64,000 bases of DNA from an uncultured Candidatus Saccharibacteria bacterium. GTDB taxonomy: Bacteria; Patescibacteriota; Minisyncoccia; Phycocordibacterales; CAZPGN01. A program made the position numbers and the translations under genes. The DNA lies in contig CAZPGN010000002.1 in the NCBI GenBank assembly GCA_964586635.1, forward strand, positions 17,368 through 81,367. Reading direction: 5' to 3'. Positions 9,427 to 20,005 of the stretch are shown in pieces. The notes beneath the pieces are model-generated. The model did not search any database and was not told where the DNA came from. It saw only the letters and a list, made by a program, of their open reading frames with translations. Numbering within the stretch: the first letter of the stretch is position 1; each line of letters opens with the position of its first letter.

Positions 9427-9897
9427 ATGCGTGGAAAGAAACCTCGAAAACGGATACAGCCGAAAGATGCAAAGTATGGCTCCACAATCCTTAACAAGTT
9501 TATCAACTGCCTTATGTGGGACGGCAAGAAAAACACGGCTCGCACCGTTGTGTATGATGCGCTTGAGGAGATCCGCGCGGAATTGAAGACGGATAACCCA
9601 CTTGAGATTTTTGAGATGGCCATGCGCAATGTCAGTCCGAATATGGAGGTACGCTCTCGCCGCATCGGCGGCGCTTCCTACCAGGTCCCTCGAGAGGTGC
9701 GTCCCGAACGCAAAACGGCGCTCGCGATGCGTTGGATACTCGATTCATCTCGCAAGCAAAAGGGCGCGCGCATGGCCACCAAACTCGCGCGCGAGCTTGT
9801 CGCGGCAAGCCGCAATGAGGGCGAGGCGGTTCGCAAACGGGAGAATACTCACAAGATGGCGGAGGCGAATCGCGCATTTGCACACTTCGCGTGGTAG
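9427..9897 (+). CDS. rpsG: 30S ribosomal protein S7
   Basis: uS7 sequence; conserved str operon order. Confidence 0.95.
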   Translation: MRGKKPRKRIQPKDAKYGSTILNKFINCLMWDGKKNTARTVVYDALEEIRAELKTDNPLEIFEMAMRNVSPNMEVRSRRIGGASYQVPREVRPERKTALAMRWILDSSRKQKGARMATKLARELVAASRNEGEAVRKRENTHKMAEANRAFAHFAW

Positions 9898-9944
9898 CTA
9901 AGCGACTTATTTTTATTCTGCATTAACCTTTTTCGCATTATATT

Positions 9945-12095
9945 ATGGAGCGGGACTATCCTCTTCGACAGGTCAGGAACTTTGGCATCATCGCGCACAT
10001 TGATGCTGGAAAGACGACTACCTCGGAACGCATTCTCTTTTATACTGGAGAGTCGCATAAGATCGGCGAAGTCCATGAAGGAGCCACCGTTACGGACTGG
10101 ATGGAACAGGAACGCGAGCGAGGCATTACCATCACTGCCGCGGCCATAACCTGCTTTTGGAACCCCACTTATCGCGGGGCGGACACTAGCCATAAGCATC
10201 GTTTCAACATCATTGATACGCCCGGACACATCGATTTCACCGTTGAAGTGAAGCGATCTTTGCGCGTGCTTGATGGCGCGGTTGTCGTTTTTGACGGTGT
10301 CGCCGGTGTCGAGCCTCAATCTGAAACCAACTGGCGCTATGCCGATGAGAGCAATGTGCCGAGAGTCTGTTTCATCAACAAGCTTGACCGTACAGGCGGG
10401 AGCTTCGAGCGCTCATACCAGTCTATCCTCGACCGCCTCAACAAAGGAGCTATCCGAATGCAGATCCCGATCGGCGAGGAAGACCAGCACGAGGGCGTGA
10501 TAGACCTTCTCTCCATGAAGGCCTACTATTTTGAAGGCGATAAGGGCAAGGAAATTCGTGAAGCCGACATTCCAGAGCATCTTCGCGCCGCCGCCATTAA
10601 ATATCGTGCGGAAACAGTCGAGCGTATCGTAGAGCACGATGACGCGCTGATGGCAGAGTATCTCGACGGCAAAGAGATTTCTGTTGAAGATTTAAAAAAT
10701 GCGCTCCGAAAAGCAACTATCGCCAACAAGCTCTTTCCGGTCTTCACGGGCTCTGCTCTCAAGAATAAGGGAGTCCAGCTTGTTCTTGACGCGGTTGTAG
10801 ACTATCTTCCTTCCCCGCTCGATATTCCGCCGGTTCGGGGCATTGATCCGAATACGAAGCAGGAGATTGAACGCCTCCCAGACGACAGCGAGCCCTTTGC
10901 CGCGCTGGCATTCAAATTACAGGCTGACCCGTTCGTCGGACAACTTACATTCTTTCGCGTCTATTCCGGCACCGTTGGGGCAGGAACATATGTATACAAT
11001 TCGACGACTGGAGAGCGCGAACGATTGGGGCGAATCGTGCGTCTGCAGGCGAACGAACGGGAGGATGTGAAAAAAGTATTTGCCGGCGAGATAGCGGCCG
11101 CCGTGGGATTGAAGCACGCCAAAACGTCCCACACTCTTTGTGATGAAAAACAGCCCATTATTCTCGATCCGATAAAATTCGCCGAGCCCGTGGTGTCGAT
11201 GCGTATCGAGCCGAAAACGAAAGCTGATCAAGAGAAGATGGGCCTCGCCCTGAAGCGCCTCTCGGATGAGGACCCGACATTCCGCGTGACTTCAGACCCA
11301 GAGACACTCGAGACTATTATCTCGGGCATGGGCGAACTTCATCTCGAGATACTCGTGGATCGTTTGAAGCGCGAGTTCGGCGTTGAGGCAAATGTCGGTC
11401 GGCCGCAGGTTGCCTATCGCGAGACAATAACCTCCGAAGCCGAAGCGGAAACCAAGTATATCAAGCAAACAGGTGGCCGCGGCCAGTATGGCCATGTGAA
11501 AATAAAAGTCCGTCCAATGGTACGATTGATGGGTGATGAGACGGAAAAAATACCGAAGAATGTCAAACGCTCCGAGCATTCCGAGTTTGTAAACAACATT
11601 AAAGGAGGCATTATACCGAACGAGTTCATTCCCGCTATTGAAAAAGGAATCATCGAAGGCATGTCTCGCGGCGTGCTTGCGGGGTATCCGCTCGTGGATG
11701 TTTCAACAGAGCTCTTTTATGGTTCCTACCATGATGTCGATTCATCCGAGATCGCTTTTAAGATAGCGGCATCAATGGCGCTGCAGGATGCGGCAAAACG
11801 GGCAAAGCCGGTCATTCTCGAACCTGTAATGCGCGTTGAAGTGGTCACCCCCGAGAAGTTTATGGGTGATGTAACAGGAAATCTTTCTTCAAAGCGCGGA
11901 CAGATCGAGAGCATGGGCGAACGCGGTGTCGGGATCAAAGTGATTACCGCGCGCGTACCGCTCTCCGAAATGTTCGGCTATGTAACCTCGCTCCGTTCGA
12001 TGACTGAAGGCCGAGCCAGTTTCACTATGGAATTCGAAGCATACGATATCGTTCCTCAAAATGTCGCAGTGGAGATCATTGCCGCGCGCCAATAG
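9945..12095 (+). CDS. fusA: elongation factor G
   Basis: [17 protein letters not shown], full EF-G domain architecture. Confidence 0.97.
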   Translation: MERDYPLRQVRNFGIIAHIDAGKTTTSERILFYTGESHKIGEVHEGATVTDWMEQERERGITITAAAITCFWNPTYRGADTSHKHRFNIIDTPGHIDFTVEVKRSLRVLDGAVVVFDGVAGVEPQSETNWRYADESNVPRVCFINKLDRTGGSFERSYQSILDRLNKGAIRMQIPIGEEDQHEGVIDLLSMKAYYFEGDKGKEIREADIPEHLRAAAIKYRAETVERIVEHDDALMAEYLDGKEISVEDLKNALRKATIANKLFPVFTGSALKNKGVQLVLDAVVDYLPSPLDIPPVRGIDPNTKQEIERLPDDSEPFAALAFKLQADPFVGQLTFFRVYSGTVGAGTYVYNSTTGERERLGRIVRLQANEREDVKKVFAGEIAAAVGLKHAKTSHTLCDEKQPIILDPIKFAEPVVSMRIEPKTKADQEKMGLALKRLSDEDPTFRVTSDPETLETIISGMGELHLEILVDRLKREFGVEANVGRPQVAYRETITSEAEAETKYIKQTGGRGQYGHVKIKVRPMVRLMGDETEKIPKNVKRSEHSEFVNNIKGGIIPNEFIPAIEKGIIEGMSRGVLAGYPLVDVSTELFYGSYHDVDSSEIAFKIAASMALQDAAKRAKPVILEPVMRVEVVTPEKFMGDVTGNLSSKRGQIESMGERGVGIKVITARVPLSEMFGYVTSLRSMTEGRASFTMEFEAYDIVPQNVAVEIIAARQ

Positions 12096-12213
12096 ATTTG
12101 CAGTGATACAGCGTGTCATAAAACGCTCGATCATGAGAAAGCGGGCTTTTCTTTTAAGTAAGTTGATAATTTGTAGTGAATTGGAATTGTTTGCATAGTA
12201 TACTGAATGACAT

Positions 12214-14940
12214 ATGAGTATTGAGGCCGCGAGCGGCAAACGGCCGTTCTCTCCGGAAGAAGAGCTTGCATACTTGCGGGCTGAGGTTGCGCGCAAAGAA
12301 AAAGAGATCGCCGCACGAGGAGAATCAGTGCCGATCGATATTGTCGCCCGCGAAGCCCTGCTTGAATACGCGGATAGTGGTCGAGCCGCGGAGGTTGCCA
12401 ACGAACCCGAACAGCCCGAGGGTGCCATTGTGCTTAATCTTGAAGCGGATAATAACGATGCGACGATGGCGGAACTTATCCAGGTCGCTCGTGAAAAGGG
12501 ACTGAAGCGGGCATTGCGTGTCGTCGGTCGGCTCGGCAACGACCATATCCAAGACGATTTCCACCGATTTTTGGTGCAATATGTTCTCTCGGGATATTCT
12601 TTGCCAGGAATTGATCGCGAGACTCCGCTTCGTAGTGCGCTTTATATGACGCTTTTTCGCATTACGCTTCCTGCGCCCGAAAAAGAAGAGCGTGCGCGAC
12701 CGCTTAAGGAACTTCTTACGGCAATGGAGCAATTCATTATCGGAATGGGAGCGCTCGGAACGGGGTCGTCGGGCAAGCGTTTCTATTCTCTTGAAGTCGG
12801 AATTAAGGGCGGGTCCGGGAGTATCGGTTTTTATGCCGCCATACCTAATGAAAAGGTTCGCCTCTTTGAACAGCAAATGCGTTCTGTCTTTCCGCACGCA
12901 AAACTCGAGCCACAGCCGAACGACTACAACATTTTTGTTGAAGATGGATATGTTGCCGCATCAGAGCTTACACTTTCCCGAAACGCATCCCTCTCGCTCA
13001 AGACATTTATGGAGCTTGACCATGACCCGCTCAACGCACTGCTTAACACTTTCTCTGCTCTTGTGTCGGGATATGGCGCGGCTCTGCAATTTGTCATGAG
13101 TCCACCGGATGCACGATTTGGAAAACGATACCAGAAGATCGAGCGGGCGCTTGCCAAGGGTATGTCATTCGATGAGGCGCAAAAAATCCCAGAGACGGCT
13201 ATCGGAGAACTTGCGGCGGATGTGTGGAAGACACTGTTTACTCGTGCTAATACCGATGAAAAAAAAGAAGCGGCCCCTGACACTGATACGATCGAACGAA
13301 TAAAAGAGAAAGCGGCAACTCCAATAAGCCCTGTCAATGCGCGGCTTTTAGTTTCTGCTCCGACCGAGGAGCGGGCCGAAGCAGTCCTTTCTGATTGCGA
13401 GGCGTCATTTCTGCAGTTTGCACACGCAAAAGGCAATCGGATTGAGTTTCAGCGGGCAAAGCCGCGCGCACTGCGTTCGCTTGCTCGCTCTTTCTCCTTC
13501 CGCTTGCCGGATCCTAAAGCGAGCATTCCACTCTCTGCGCGCGAGATAGCATCCCTCATCCATTTCCCGGTACAAGATGTGTCTGCCGTTGCGGAGTTAA
13601 GCGAAGAGCGTGCACAGGATGCCCCTGCGCCGCCCGGGCTCCCGTCTGACGGGACACTTCTTGGCGTCAATCGCTACCGCGGCAAGGAGACGCGGATCTA
13701 TCTCACCGACGAAGACCGTTTGCGCCACTTGTATTGCATTGGGCAAACAGGCACCGGCAAATCGACACTGCTCAAAAACATCATCATCCAGGACATTCAG
13801 AATGGCCATGGTGTCTGCATGATAGACCCGCACGGGAACGATATTATTGACGTGCTCGCACACATACCTCCAGAACGCTACGGCGATGTAATCTATTTTG
13901 ACCCCGCATATCTCGAGCGCGTGCAGGCGCTCAATATGCTCGAATACGACACGCGATTTCCGGAGCAGAAAACATTTGTAGTGAACGAGTTGCTCGGTAT
14001 TTTCAGGAAACTCTACGGTGAAGTGCCGGAGAGCATGGGCCCCGCTTTTGAACAATATTTCCGCAATGCGGCGCTCCTTGTGATGGAGGATCCATCGACG
14101 GGGAACACGATGCTCGATATCGGGAAAGTGCTCGCTGACTCTGCGTTCCGAAAGATAAAACTCGCACGGTGCCACAACCCGGTCGTAAAACAATTTTGGG
14201 AAGAAATTGCGACAAAGGCGGGCGGAGAAGCATCTCTGGTGAATATTGTCCCTTACATCACGAACAAATTCGACGATTTCACCGCGAACGAGATCATGCG
14301 CCCCATCATCGGACAGGAAAAATCTTCTTTCAATTTCAGGAACATAATGGATTCCAGGAAAATACTCCTCGTCAATCTCTCGAAAGGGCGTCTCGGTGAG
14401 CGAAACGCAAACCTGCTCGGACTCATAATTGTCGGCAAATTCCTTATGGCTGCGCTTTCGCGAGCTGATTCTATCGGAAAGGACTTGCCTCCGTTTTATT
14501 TGCACATTGATGAGTTTCAAAATGTAACGACAAATTCGATTGCACAGATACTTTCGGAGGCACGGAAGTACAAGCTCGGACTGACCATCGCCCATCAGTT
14601 TATTGCGCAGATAAGCGAGGATGTGATGCGCGCGGTATTCGGCAATGTGGGTTCGATCATGTCGTTTCGCGTTGGCGCACAGGATGCGGAAGCCCTTGTT
14701 CCGCAATTTGACCCTGTCTTTGAGCCGGCTCATCTCATGAATATCACGAACTTTAACTGTCATATCCGCCTGCTTGCGCGCGGCGTGCCGCAGAAGCCCT
14801 TCACCGTGCGCATTGAACGGCCGGACAAGGGTAATCGGGGAGCGGTTGAAGAATTGAAACGACTCTCATATCTAGCTTACGGGCGTCCCCGCGCGGAAGT
14901 TGAGAAGGAAATACAGGAGCGATTTTTCTCCGCCGATTAG
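12214..14940 (+). CDS. soluble FtsK/HerA-superfamily P-loop ATPase, VirB4/VirD4 (TraD/TraG C-terminal domain)-like, with ~480-aa N-terminal domain of unknown function
   Basis: Walker A GQTGTGKST, MIDPHGNDI, Walker B LHIDEFQNV, RKYKLGLTIAHQ motif; no TM helices; inserted between fusA and tuf. Confidence 0.6.
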   Translation: MSIEAASGKRPFSPEEELAYLRAEVARKEKEIAARGESVPIDIVAREALLEYADSGRAAEVANEPEQPEGAIVLNLEADNNDATMAELIQVAREKGLKRALRVVGRLGNDHIQDDFHRFLVQYVLSGYSLPGIDRETPLRSALYMTLFRITLPAPEKEERARPLKELLTAMEQFIIGMGALGTGSSGKRFYSLEVGIKGGSGSIGFYAAIPNEKVRLFEQQMRSVFPHAKLEPQPNDYNIFVEDGYVAASELTLSRNASLSLKTFMELDHDPLNALLNTFSALVSGYGAALQFVMSPPDARFGKRYQKIERALAKGMSFDEAQKIPETAIGELAADVWKTLFTRANTDEKKEAAPDTDTIERIKEKAATPISPVNARLLVSAPTEERAEAVLSDCEASFLQFAHAKGNRIEFQRAKPRALRSLARSFSFRLPDPKASIPLSAREIASLIHFPVQDVSAVAELSEERAQDAPAPPGLPSDGTLLGVNRYRGKETRIYLTDEDRLRHLYCIGQTGTGKSTLLKNIIIQDIQNGHGVCMIDPHGNDIIDVLAHIPPERYGDVIYFDPAYLERVQALNMLEYDTRFPEQKTFVVNELLGIFRKLYGEVPESMGPAFEQYFRNAALLVMEDPSTGNTMLDIGKVLADSAFRKIKLARCHNPVVKQFWEEIATKAGGEASLVNIVPYITNKFDDFTANEIMRPIIGQEKSSFNFRNIMDSRKILLVNLSKGRLGERNANLLGLIIVGKFLMAALSRADSIGKDLPPFYLHIDEFQNVTTNSIAQILSEARKYKLGLTIAHQFIAQISEDVMRAVFGNVGSIMSFRVGAQDAEALVPQFDPVFEPAHLMNITNFNCHIRLLARGVPQKPFTVRIERPDKGNRGAVEELKRLSYLAYGRPRAEVEKEIQERFFSAD

Positions 14941-14955
14941 GTGCGAGGGAGGTAT

Positions 14956-14983
14956 TTGACTATTTTGCGCGGCTTGCTATCAT
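14956..14983 (+). promoter_or_regulatory. putative sigma70-type promoter (TTGACT-N16-TATCAT) upstream of tuf
   Basis: hexamers read from sequence; a weak terminator-like ACGC...GCGT-T6 follows, so assignment uncertain. Confidence 0.3.
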
Positions 14984-15037
14984 ACGATAAACGCAGATTC
15001 GGCGTTTTTTGTTTGAATATTTATTAGCAAGTCCCGT

Positions 15038-15078
15038 GTCCGCTGTCAGTTTTCTAGGTCAGAAAACTGACAGTGGAC
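15038..15078 (+). promoter_or_regulatory. 18-bp stem hairpin in tuf 5' leader
   Basis: gtccgctgtcagttttct-aggtc-agaaaactgacagtggac (1 mismatch); no U-tract. Confidence 0.4.
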
Positions 15079-15104
15079 CGCCGGGTGAATAGTAACCAGA
15101 AAAT

Positions 15105-16298
15105 ATGGCAGAAACATTTGATCGTTCGAAGCCGCATGTCAATGTGGGCACCATTGGCCATGTGGACCACGGCAAAACAACTTTGACCGCCGCTATCTTG
15201 AGCGTGCTAAATCTCGCTGGGCATAAAGTGAAGCTTCGCGGAGTCGATCAGATCGACAATGCTCCCGAAGAACGCGCGCGCGGGATAACCATTGCGCTTT
15301 CGCACAATGAGTATGAGACATCGGCGCGCCACTATGCCCACATTGATGCTCCCGGACACGCCGACTACATCAAGAATATGATTACCGGCGCGGCGCAGAT
15401 GGACGGCGCGATCCTTGTTGTCGCCGCGACGGACGGCGTGATGCCGCAGACGCGCGAACACATTCTGCTCGCACGACAGATCGGCGTTCCGAAGGTGCTC
15501 ATCTTCTTGAACAAGGTTGATATGGTTGATGATCCGGAACTCATCGACCTCGTTGAGGCGGAAGTCCGCGAACTGCTCTCGAAATATCAATATGACGGCG
15601 ACGCCGCGCCGGTCATACGCGGTTCTGCTCTCAAGGCGCTTGAAGCAAAGAGCGCTGAAGATGCGGACGCAAAGCCGATACTGGAGCTTGCGAAAGCGCT
15701 CGATGAATACATTCCTCAACCGGAGCGCGAGATGAACAAGCCCTTCCTCATGCCAGTCGAAGACATTTTTTCGATCGAAGGCCGCGGCACCGTTGTTACG
15801 GGCCGTATCGAAAGAGGAAAAGTGAAAGTCGGTGAGGAAGTTGAGATCGTTGGACTTAAAGACACCGCCAAGACTACAGTTACGGGCATTGAAATGTTCA
15901 ACAAGCAACTTCAGGAAGGTATTGCCGGAGACAACGCAGGCGTACTCTTGCGCGGCGTCAAAAAAGAAGACATTCACCGCGGCCAAGTGCTTTCCGCGCC
16001 GGGAAGTGTCACGCCGCACACGCAGTTCACCGCAGAAGTATATGTCCTTAAAAAGGAGGAAGGAGGCCGACATACCCCGTTCTTCACTGGTTACAAACCG
16101 CAGTTCTACATTCGCACAACGGACGTTACGGGAGAAGTGAAGCTCGCAGAAGATGTGAAAATGGTCATGCCTGGCGACACGGTTACTTTCGCGGTAACGC
16201 TCGGAGCGCCGGTCGCTCTTGAGGAAAAGCAGCGTTTTGCTGTGCGCGAGGGCGGAAAGACCGTTGGCGCGGGTGTTGTCACAAAGATCGTTGCGTAA
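15105..16298 (+). CDS. tuf: elongation factor Tu
   Basis: [21 protein letters not shown], full EF-Tu. Confidence 0.97.
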   Translation: MAETFDRSKPHVNVGTIGHVDHGKTTLTAAILSVLNLAGHKVKLRGVDQIDNAPEERARGITIALSHNEYETSARHYAHIDAPGHADYIKNMITGAAQMDGAILVVAATDGVMPQTREHILLARQIGVPKVLIFLNKVDMVDDPELIDLVEAEVRELLSKYQYDGDAAPVIRGSALKALEAKSAEDADAKPILELAKALDEYIPQPEREMNKPFLMPVEDIFSIEGRGTVVTGRIERGKVKVGEEVEIVGLKDTAKTTVTGIEMFNKQLQEGIAGDNAGVLLRGVKKEDIHRGQVLSAPGSVTPHTQFTAEVYVLKKEEGGRHTPFFTGYKPQFYIRTTDVTGEVKLAEDVKMVMPGDTVTFAVTLGAPVALEEKQRFAVREGGKTVGAGVVTKIVA

Positions 16299-16307
16299 AC
16301 CGCATTC

Positions 16308-16676
16308 ATGACGGCCACCGCAGAAACCAAAAAAAGAAAAGCCTCTGCGAAGAGTAAAGAGGAGGTTTCAGATCGGCTGCGTATCAGGATTTCGGCTTAC
16401 GAGCACAAAATCCTCGATGCGAGCGTTCGGCAGATAATTGATACCGCCGTGCGATATGGCGCCGAGCTCTCCGGCCCGATACCGCTTCCAACTGACATCA
16501 AGAAATATACGGTCAATCGCGGAGCGTTCGTGCACAAGAATGCGCGGGAGCAGTTCGAAATGCGCGTGCACAAGCGATTGATCGACATTGTGAATCCGTC
16601 TTCGAAAATTATCGAAGCTCTTACGAATCTTAACTTACCATCTGGCGTCAGTATTGATGTCAAGATGGCGTCGTAG
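16308..16676 (+). CDS. rpsJ: 30S ribosomal protein S10 (with ~20-aa basic N-terminal extension)
   Basis: RIRISAYEHKILD... uS10 core. Confidence 0.9.
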   Translation: MTATAETKKRKASAKSKEEVSDRLRIRISAYEHKILDASVRQIIDTAVRYGAELSGPIPLPTDIKKYTVNRGAFVHKNAREQFEMRVHKRLIDIVNPSSKIIEALTNLNLPSGVSIDVKMAS

Positions 16677-16783
16677 GGGAGAGAAGCGATCTCGATACAT
16701 GGACATGGATGTTCAACCTTGTCTATCCGGGATTGGACATTGAATCTCCATACCATCGTCTGTTCGCGTGATTCTTTAGAGTC

Positions 16784-17407
16784 ATGAGCAAATTCATATT
16801 GGGAACAAAGCAATATATGACCCAGGTTTTCGATGGCTCGGGTATTATACAACCTGCGACCATGCTTCTCGTTGGGCCAGTCGTTGTGACGCAAGTCAAG
16901 ACGAAGGAAAAGGACGGCTACAACGCTATTCAGCTTGGATATGGGCGCAAAGCGGAGAAGCGAACATCCAAGGCGCGCGCAGGACATCTAAAGGGCCTCG
17001 AAAACTTCCGTCATCTGCGGGAATGGCGCATCGAAGGCGATATGCCTCTGCTTCAGCGCGGCGCAATTATCAACGCATCTCTGTTTTCGGAGGGCGATGT
17101 TGTTGCCGTTTCTGGCATATCGAAGGGCAAGGGTTTTCAGGGAGTAGTCAAGAGGCATGGATTTAAGGGCGGACCGAGGTCGCACGGTCAGAAGCATTCC
17201 GAGCGAGAGCCAGGTTCCATATCGGGTGGTGGTCGAGCCGGCGGTCGCGTCGTGAAAGGTATGCGCATGGCTGGACGTATGGGAGGCGATCGTGTTACCG
17301 TAAAGAACCTCAAAGTGGTAAGGGTCGATCACGAACGTGGATTGTTATTGGTGCGCGGGGCGGTTCCAGGTCGTCGCGGCACTCTTGTTGAAGTGTCTGG
17401 AAAGTAA
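16784..17407 (+). CDS. rplC: 50S ribosomal protein L3
   Basis: uL3 sequence, operon position. Confidence 0.9.
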   Translation: MSKFILGTKQYMTQVFDGSGIIQPATMLLVGPVVVTQVKTKEKDGYNAIQLGYGRKAEKRTSKARAGHLKGLENFRHLREWRIEGDMPLLQRGAIINASLFSEGDVVAVSGISKGKGFQGVVKRHGFKGGPRSHGQKHSEREPGSISGGGRAGGRVVKGMRMAGRMGGDRVTVKNLKVVRVDHERGLLLVRGAVPGRRGTLVEVSGK

Positions 17408-17413
17408 AGCAAC

Positions 17414-18085
17414 ATGGAAGCTCCGATCTACAATTCACGCGGTGAAGAGACTGGCGCGGTTACCTTGTCAGAGCGCGTTTTTGGACTTGCTTGGAACGCC
17501 GATTTGGTGCATCAGGTCGTTACCGCGATGCGTGCGAATGCGCGGAGTCCCGTTGCCCATGCAAAAGGACGCGGCGAAGTTCGGGGTGGTGGTCGCAAAC
17601 CGTGGCGGCAAAAAGGGACTGGTCGCGCGCGACACGGGTCCATCCGTTCTCCACTGTGGCGCGGAGGTGGTATTACGCACGGCCCAAACAAGGAGCGCGC
17701 CTACGAACAAAAAATCAATAAGAAAATGAGCCGCAGGGCTCTCGCGACCGTTCTATCCCAAAAATTGCGAGACGGCGAAATGCTTTTTGTGGATGACTTA
17801 GCGTTTGGTGTTCCCAAAACGAAGGATGCGGCGCTCACACTCTCTCGGTTTGCTTCAATAACTGGCTTTGAGAAAATCGCATACAAGCGCGGCAATCGAG
17901 CCCTCATCGCGCATGAGCTTGACAACGGCGCATTCGAGAAGAGCTTTCGCAACATTGCGAGTGTCGCCGTAACGGGTATCGGCGAACTCAATCCGGTCAA
18001 TGTGCTCTCGTATAAGTATCTGGTTATCACGCACCCAATCGAAAACATTAAGAAAATAGAGGCTCGTTTGACCAGCTCGAAGTAA
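17414..18085 (+). CDS. rplD: 50S ribosomal protein L4
   Basis: uL4 sequence, operon position. Confidence 0.9.
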   Translation: MEAPIYNSRGEETGAVTLSERVFGLAWNADLVHQVVTAMRANARSPVAHAKGRGEVRGGGRKPWRQKGTGRARHGSIRSPLWRGGGITHGPNKERAYEQKINKKMSRRALATVLSQKLRDGEMLFVDDLAFGVPKTKDAALTLSRFASITGFEKIAYKRGNRALIAHELDNGAFEKSFRNIASVAVTGIGELNPVNVLSYKYLVITHPIENIKKIEARLTSSK

Positions 18086-18086
18086 T

Positions 18087-18389
18087 ATGAAGACCACAAT
18101 GACCGCTCCAAACACTATCATCCTGCGTCCGCATACTACGGAGAAAGCTTTCTCACAGTCAAACGCTGATTTCGGAGGCCGCGTGTACACATTTGTTGTG
18201 CGGGACAATGCGAACAAAGTCGTTGTGGCCAGAGAAGTCAAGGCGGCATATGGAGTAACGCCAATTAAAGTTGCCATTATTTGCGTTCCATCCAAACGGC
18301 TCCGTCGGCGCGGAAGGCTGGGAATACGGAGTGGATTTAAGAAAGCGCTAGTTTATCTCAAAGCAGGAGATTCGATTCAATTTGCATAA
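18087..18389 (+). CDS. rplW: 50S ribosomal protein L23
   Basis: uL23 sequence, operon position. Confidence 0.85.
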   Translation: MKTTMTAPNTIILRPHTTEKAFSQSNADFGGRVYTFVVRDNANKVVVAREVKAAYGVTPIKVAIICVPSKRLRRRGRLGIRSGFKKALVYLKAGDSIQFA

Positions 18390-18398
18390 AATATTTCT

Positions 18399-19253
18399 AT
18401 GGCCATGAAGCGCTACAAACCAACGACAGCTTCGCGCCGCGGCATGAGCGTGGTGCATTATCGCGGCATTCTTACTGGAGATAAACCTTTTAAATCCTTG
18501 ACGCGTGGTTTTAGGCGTTCTAATGGGCGCAATAATCAAGGCCGAATTACGACGCGCCACAAAGGAGGAGGACACAAACGCCTGTATAGAGAAATTGACT
18601 TCGCATACGACAAGCGTGATATACCGGCACGCATCGAAACGCTCGAGTATGATCCGAATCGAACTGGCTTCATTGCGCGCGTAGTCTATGCGGACGGAGA
18701 ACGCCGCTATGTGCTCGCGCACGCGAACGCGACAGTGGGCGAGTCGTTCGTAGTATCGGAGAAAGCAGATCTCGTGCCGGGAAATCGTATGCCGCTTAGG
18801 CTCGTCCCTGTCGGTTCATTCGTGTTTAATATAGAAGTAAAGCCGGGGAGTGGCGCGAAGCTCTCGCGCAGCGCCGGAAATTATGCCGAGGTTCTTTCGA
18901 ACGATGCGCACTATACGAATTTGAAAATGCCATCTGGTGAGGTTCGGAGAGTGCATGAGAATTCATGGGCGTCTATTGGCAGTGCCTCAAACGCTGAGCA
19001 CAATTTGGTGAACTATGGCAAAGCGGGTCGCTCGCGCTGGCGCGGAATTCGTCCGACTGTTCGCGGAAGCGCGATGAATCCGGTCGATCACCCCTATGGA
19101 GGCGGCGAGGGACGTAGCGGGAGAGGCCGCCGTCGCGCCGTTTCCATGTGGGGTAAACCGACTGGTGGAGTGAAGAGTCGCCGCGCTAAGAAATACTCGA
19201 ATGTATTTATTGTTTCTCGCCGCAGAACCGGCAAGAAACGAGGTTTGAATTGA
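18399..19253 (+). CDS. rplB: 50S ribosomal protein L2
   Basis: uL2 motifs (GRNNQGRITTRHKGGGHKR, HPYGGGEG). Confidence 0.95.
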   Translation: MAMKRYKPTTASRRGMSVVHYRGILTGDKPFKSLTRGFRRSNGRNNQGRITTRHKGGGHKRLYREIDFAYDKRDIPARIETLEYDPNRTGFIARVVYADGERRYVLAHANATVGESFVVSEKADLVPGNRMPLRLVPVGSFVFNIEVKPGSGAKLSRSAGNYAEVLSNDAHYTNLKMPSGEVRRVHENSWASIGSASNAEHNLVNYGKAGRSRWRGIRPTVRGSAMNPVDHPYGGGEGRSGRGRRRAVSMWGKPTGGVKSRRAKKYSNVFIVSRRRTGKKRGLN

Positions 19254-19315
19254 CAGAGTGGGCTGTCCTGGCTAGTATGGACATCGACCCAAGAGAGGGT
19301 TTTTGTTTTTAATTC

Positions 19316-19660
19316 ATGTCTAGATCACTGAAGAAAGGACCATATGTCGACAAACGGCTTCTTGCGAAGATAGTTGGAATCAAATCCGAGAAAGCAGGCC
19401 TCATAAAGACATGGTCGCGCGATGCGGTTATTTCTCCGGAAATGGTAGGTTTCGCATTCGGTGTTCACAATGGCAAGGATTTTATTGAAGTGCGAGTAAC
19501 GGAGGATATGGTTGGTCACCGCCTTGGCGAGTTCTCGCCGACTCGCAAGTTCGTGCGCCATGGCGGCAAGATGCAGAAGGAGATCGAGCAGAAGAAGCGC
19601 GAGGCCGAGATTTCCGCGGCAAAATCGGCCAAGAGCGAAACGGCCGCTAAGAAAAAATAG
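19316..19660 (+). CDS. rpsS: 30S ribosomal protein S19 with Lys-rich C-terminal tail
   Basis: [11 protein letters not shown]...GHRLGEF uS19 core; ~22-aa KK-rich extension. Confidence 0.9.
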   Translation: MSRSLKKGPYVDKRLLAKIVGIKSEKAGLIKTWSRDAVISPEMVGFAFGVHNGKDFIEVRVTEDMVGHRLGEFSPTRKFVRHGGKMQKEIEQKKREAEISAAKSAKSETAAKKK

Positions 19661-19662
19661 AC

Positions 19663-19998
19663 ATGGCGCGGGCAACACTACAACGCTATCGGCAGTCTCC
19701 TCGGAAAGTTCGGCGTGTCGCCCGGCTTATACGCGGACGCAGTGTGTTTGATGCGATCGCACTTCTCGGTTTTGCCGCAAAACGCGCAGCAGACCCGCTC
19801 GCGAAACTCCTCGCAAGCGCAGCGGCAAATGCTGTCGAGAATGACAAAAAGGACAAGAAGGATCTCATTGTTAGCGAAGTGCGTGTCGATGAGGGCCCGA
19901 TCTTGTATCGTTTTATGCCGCGCGCGTTCGGGCGCGCACGCCCGATCCGCAAGCGCACGAGTCACATTACAATCGTCGTCGACGAGAAAACGCAATGA
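19663..19998 (+). CDS. rplV: 50S ribosomal protein L22
   Basis: uL22 sequence, operon position. Confidence 0.9.
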   Translation: MARATLQRYRQSPRKVRRVARLIRGRSVFDAIALLGFAAKRAADPLAKLLASAAANAVENDKKDKKDLIVSEVRVDEGPILYRFMPRAFGRARPIRKRTSHITIVVDEKTQ

Positions 19999-20005
19999 AG
20001 CGATT

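Noticed and set aside
13597-14763. 388-aa ORF on the minus strand, antisense to the 908-aa ATPase gene
   Set aside because: It lies entirely antisense within a gene that has clear conserved P-loop ATPase motifs. Long antisense ORFs are expected in GC-rich coding sequence, and it has no recognisable domain.
15207-16073. 288-aa minus-strand ORF inside tuf, and the similar 216-aa ORF (11889-12539) overlapping the end of fusA
   Set aside because: Both are antisense to universally conserved EF-Tu and EF-G coding sequence, so they are spurious.
19715-20005. Long ORF-track version of rpsC starting inside rplV
   Set aside because: The S3 homology begins at ATG 20006 right after the rplV stop. The upstream part is an out-of-frame read-through of L22 coding sequence.
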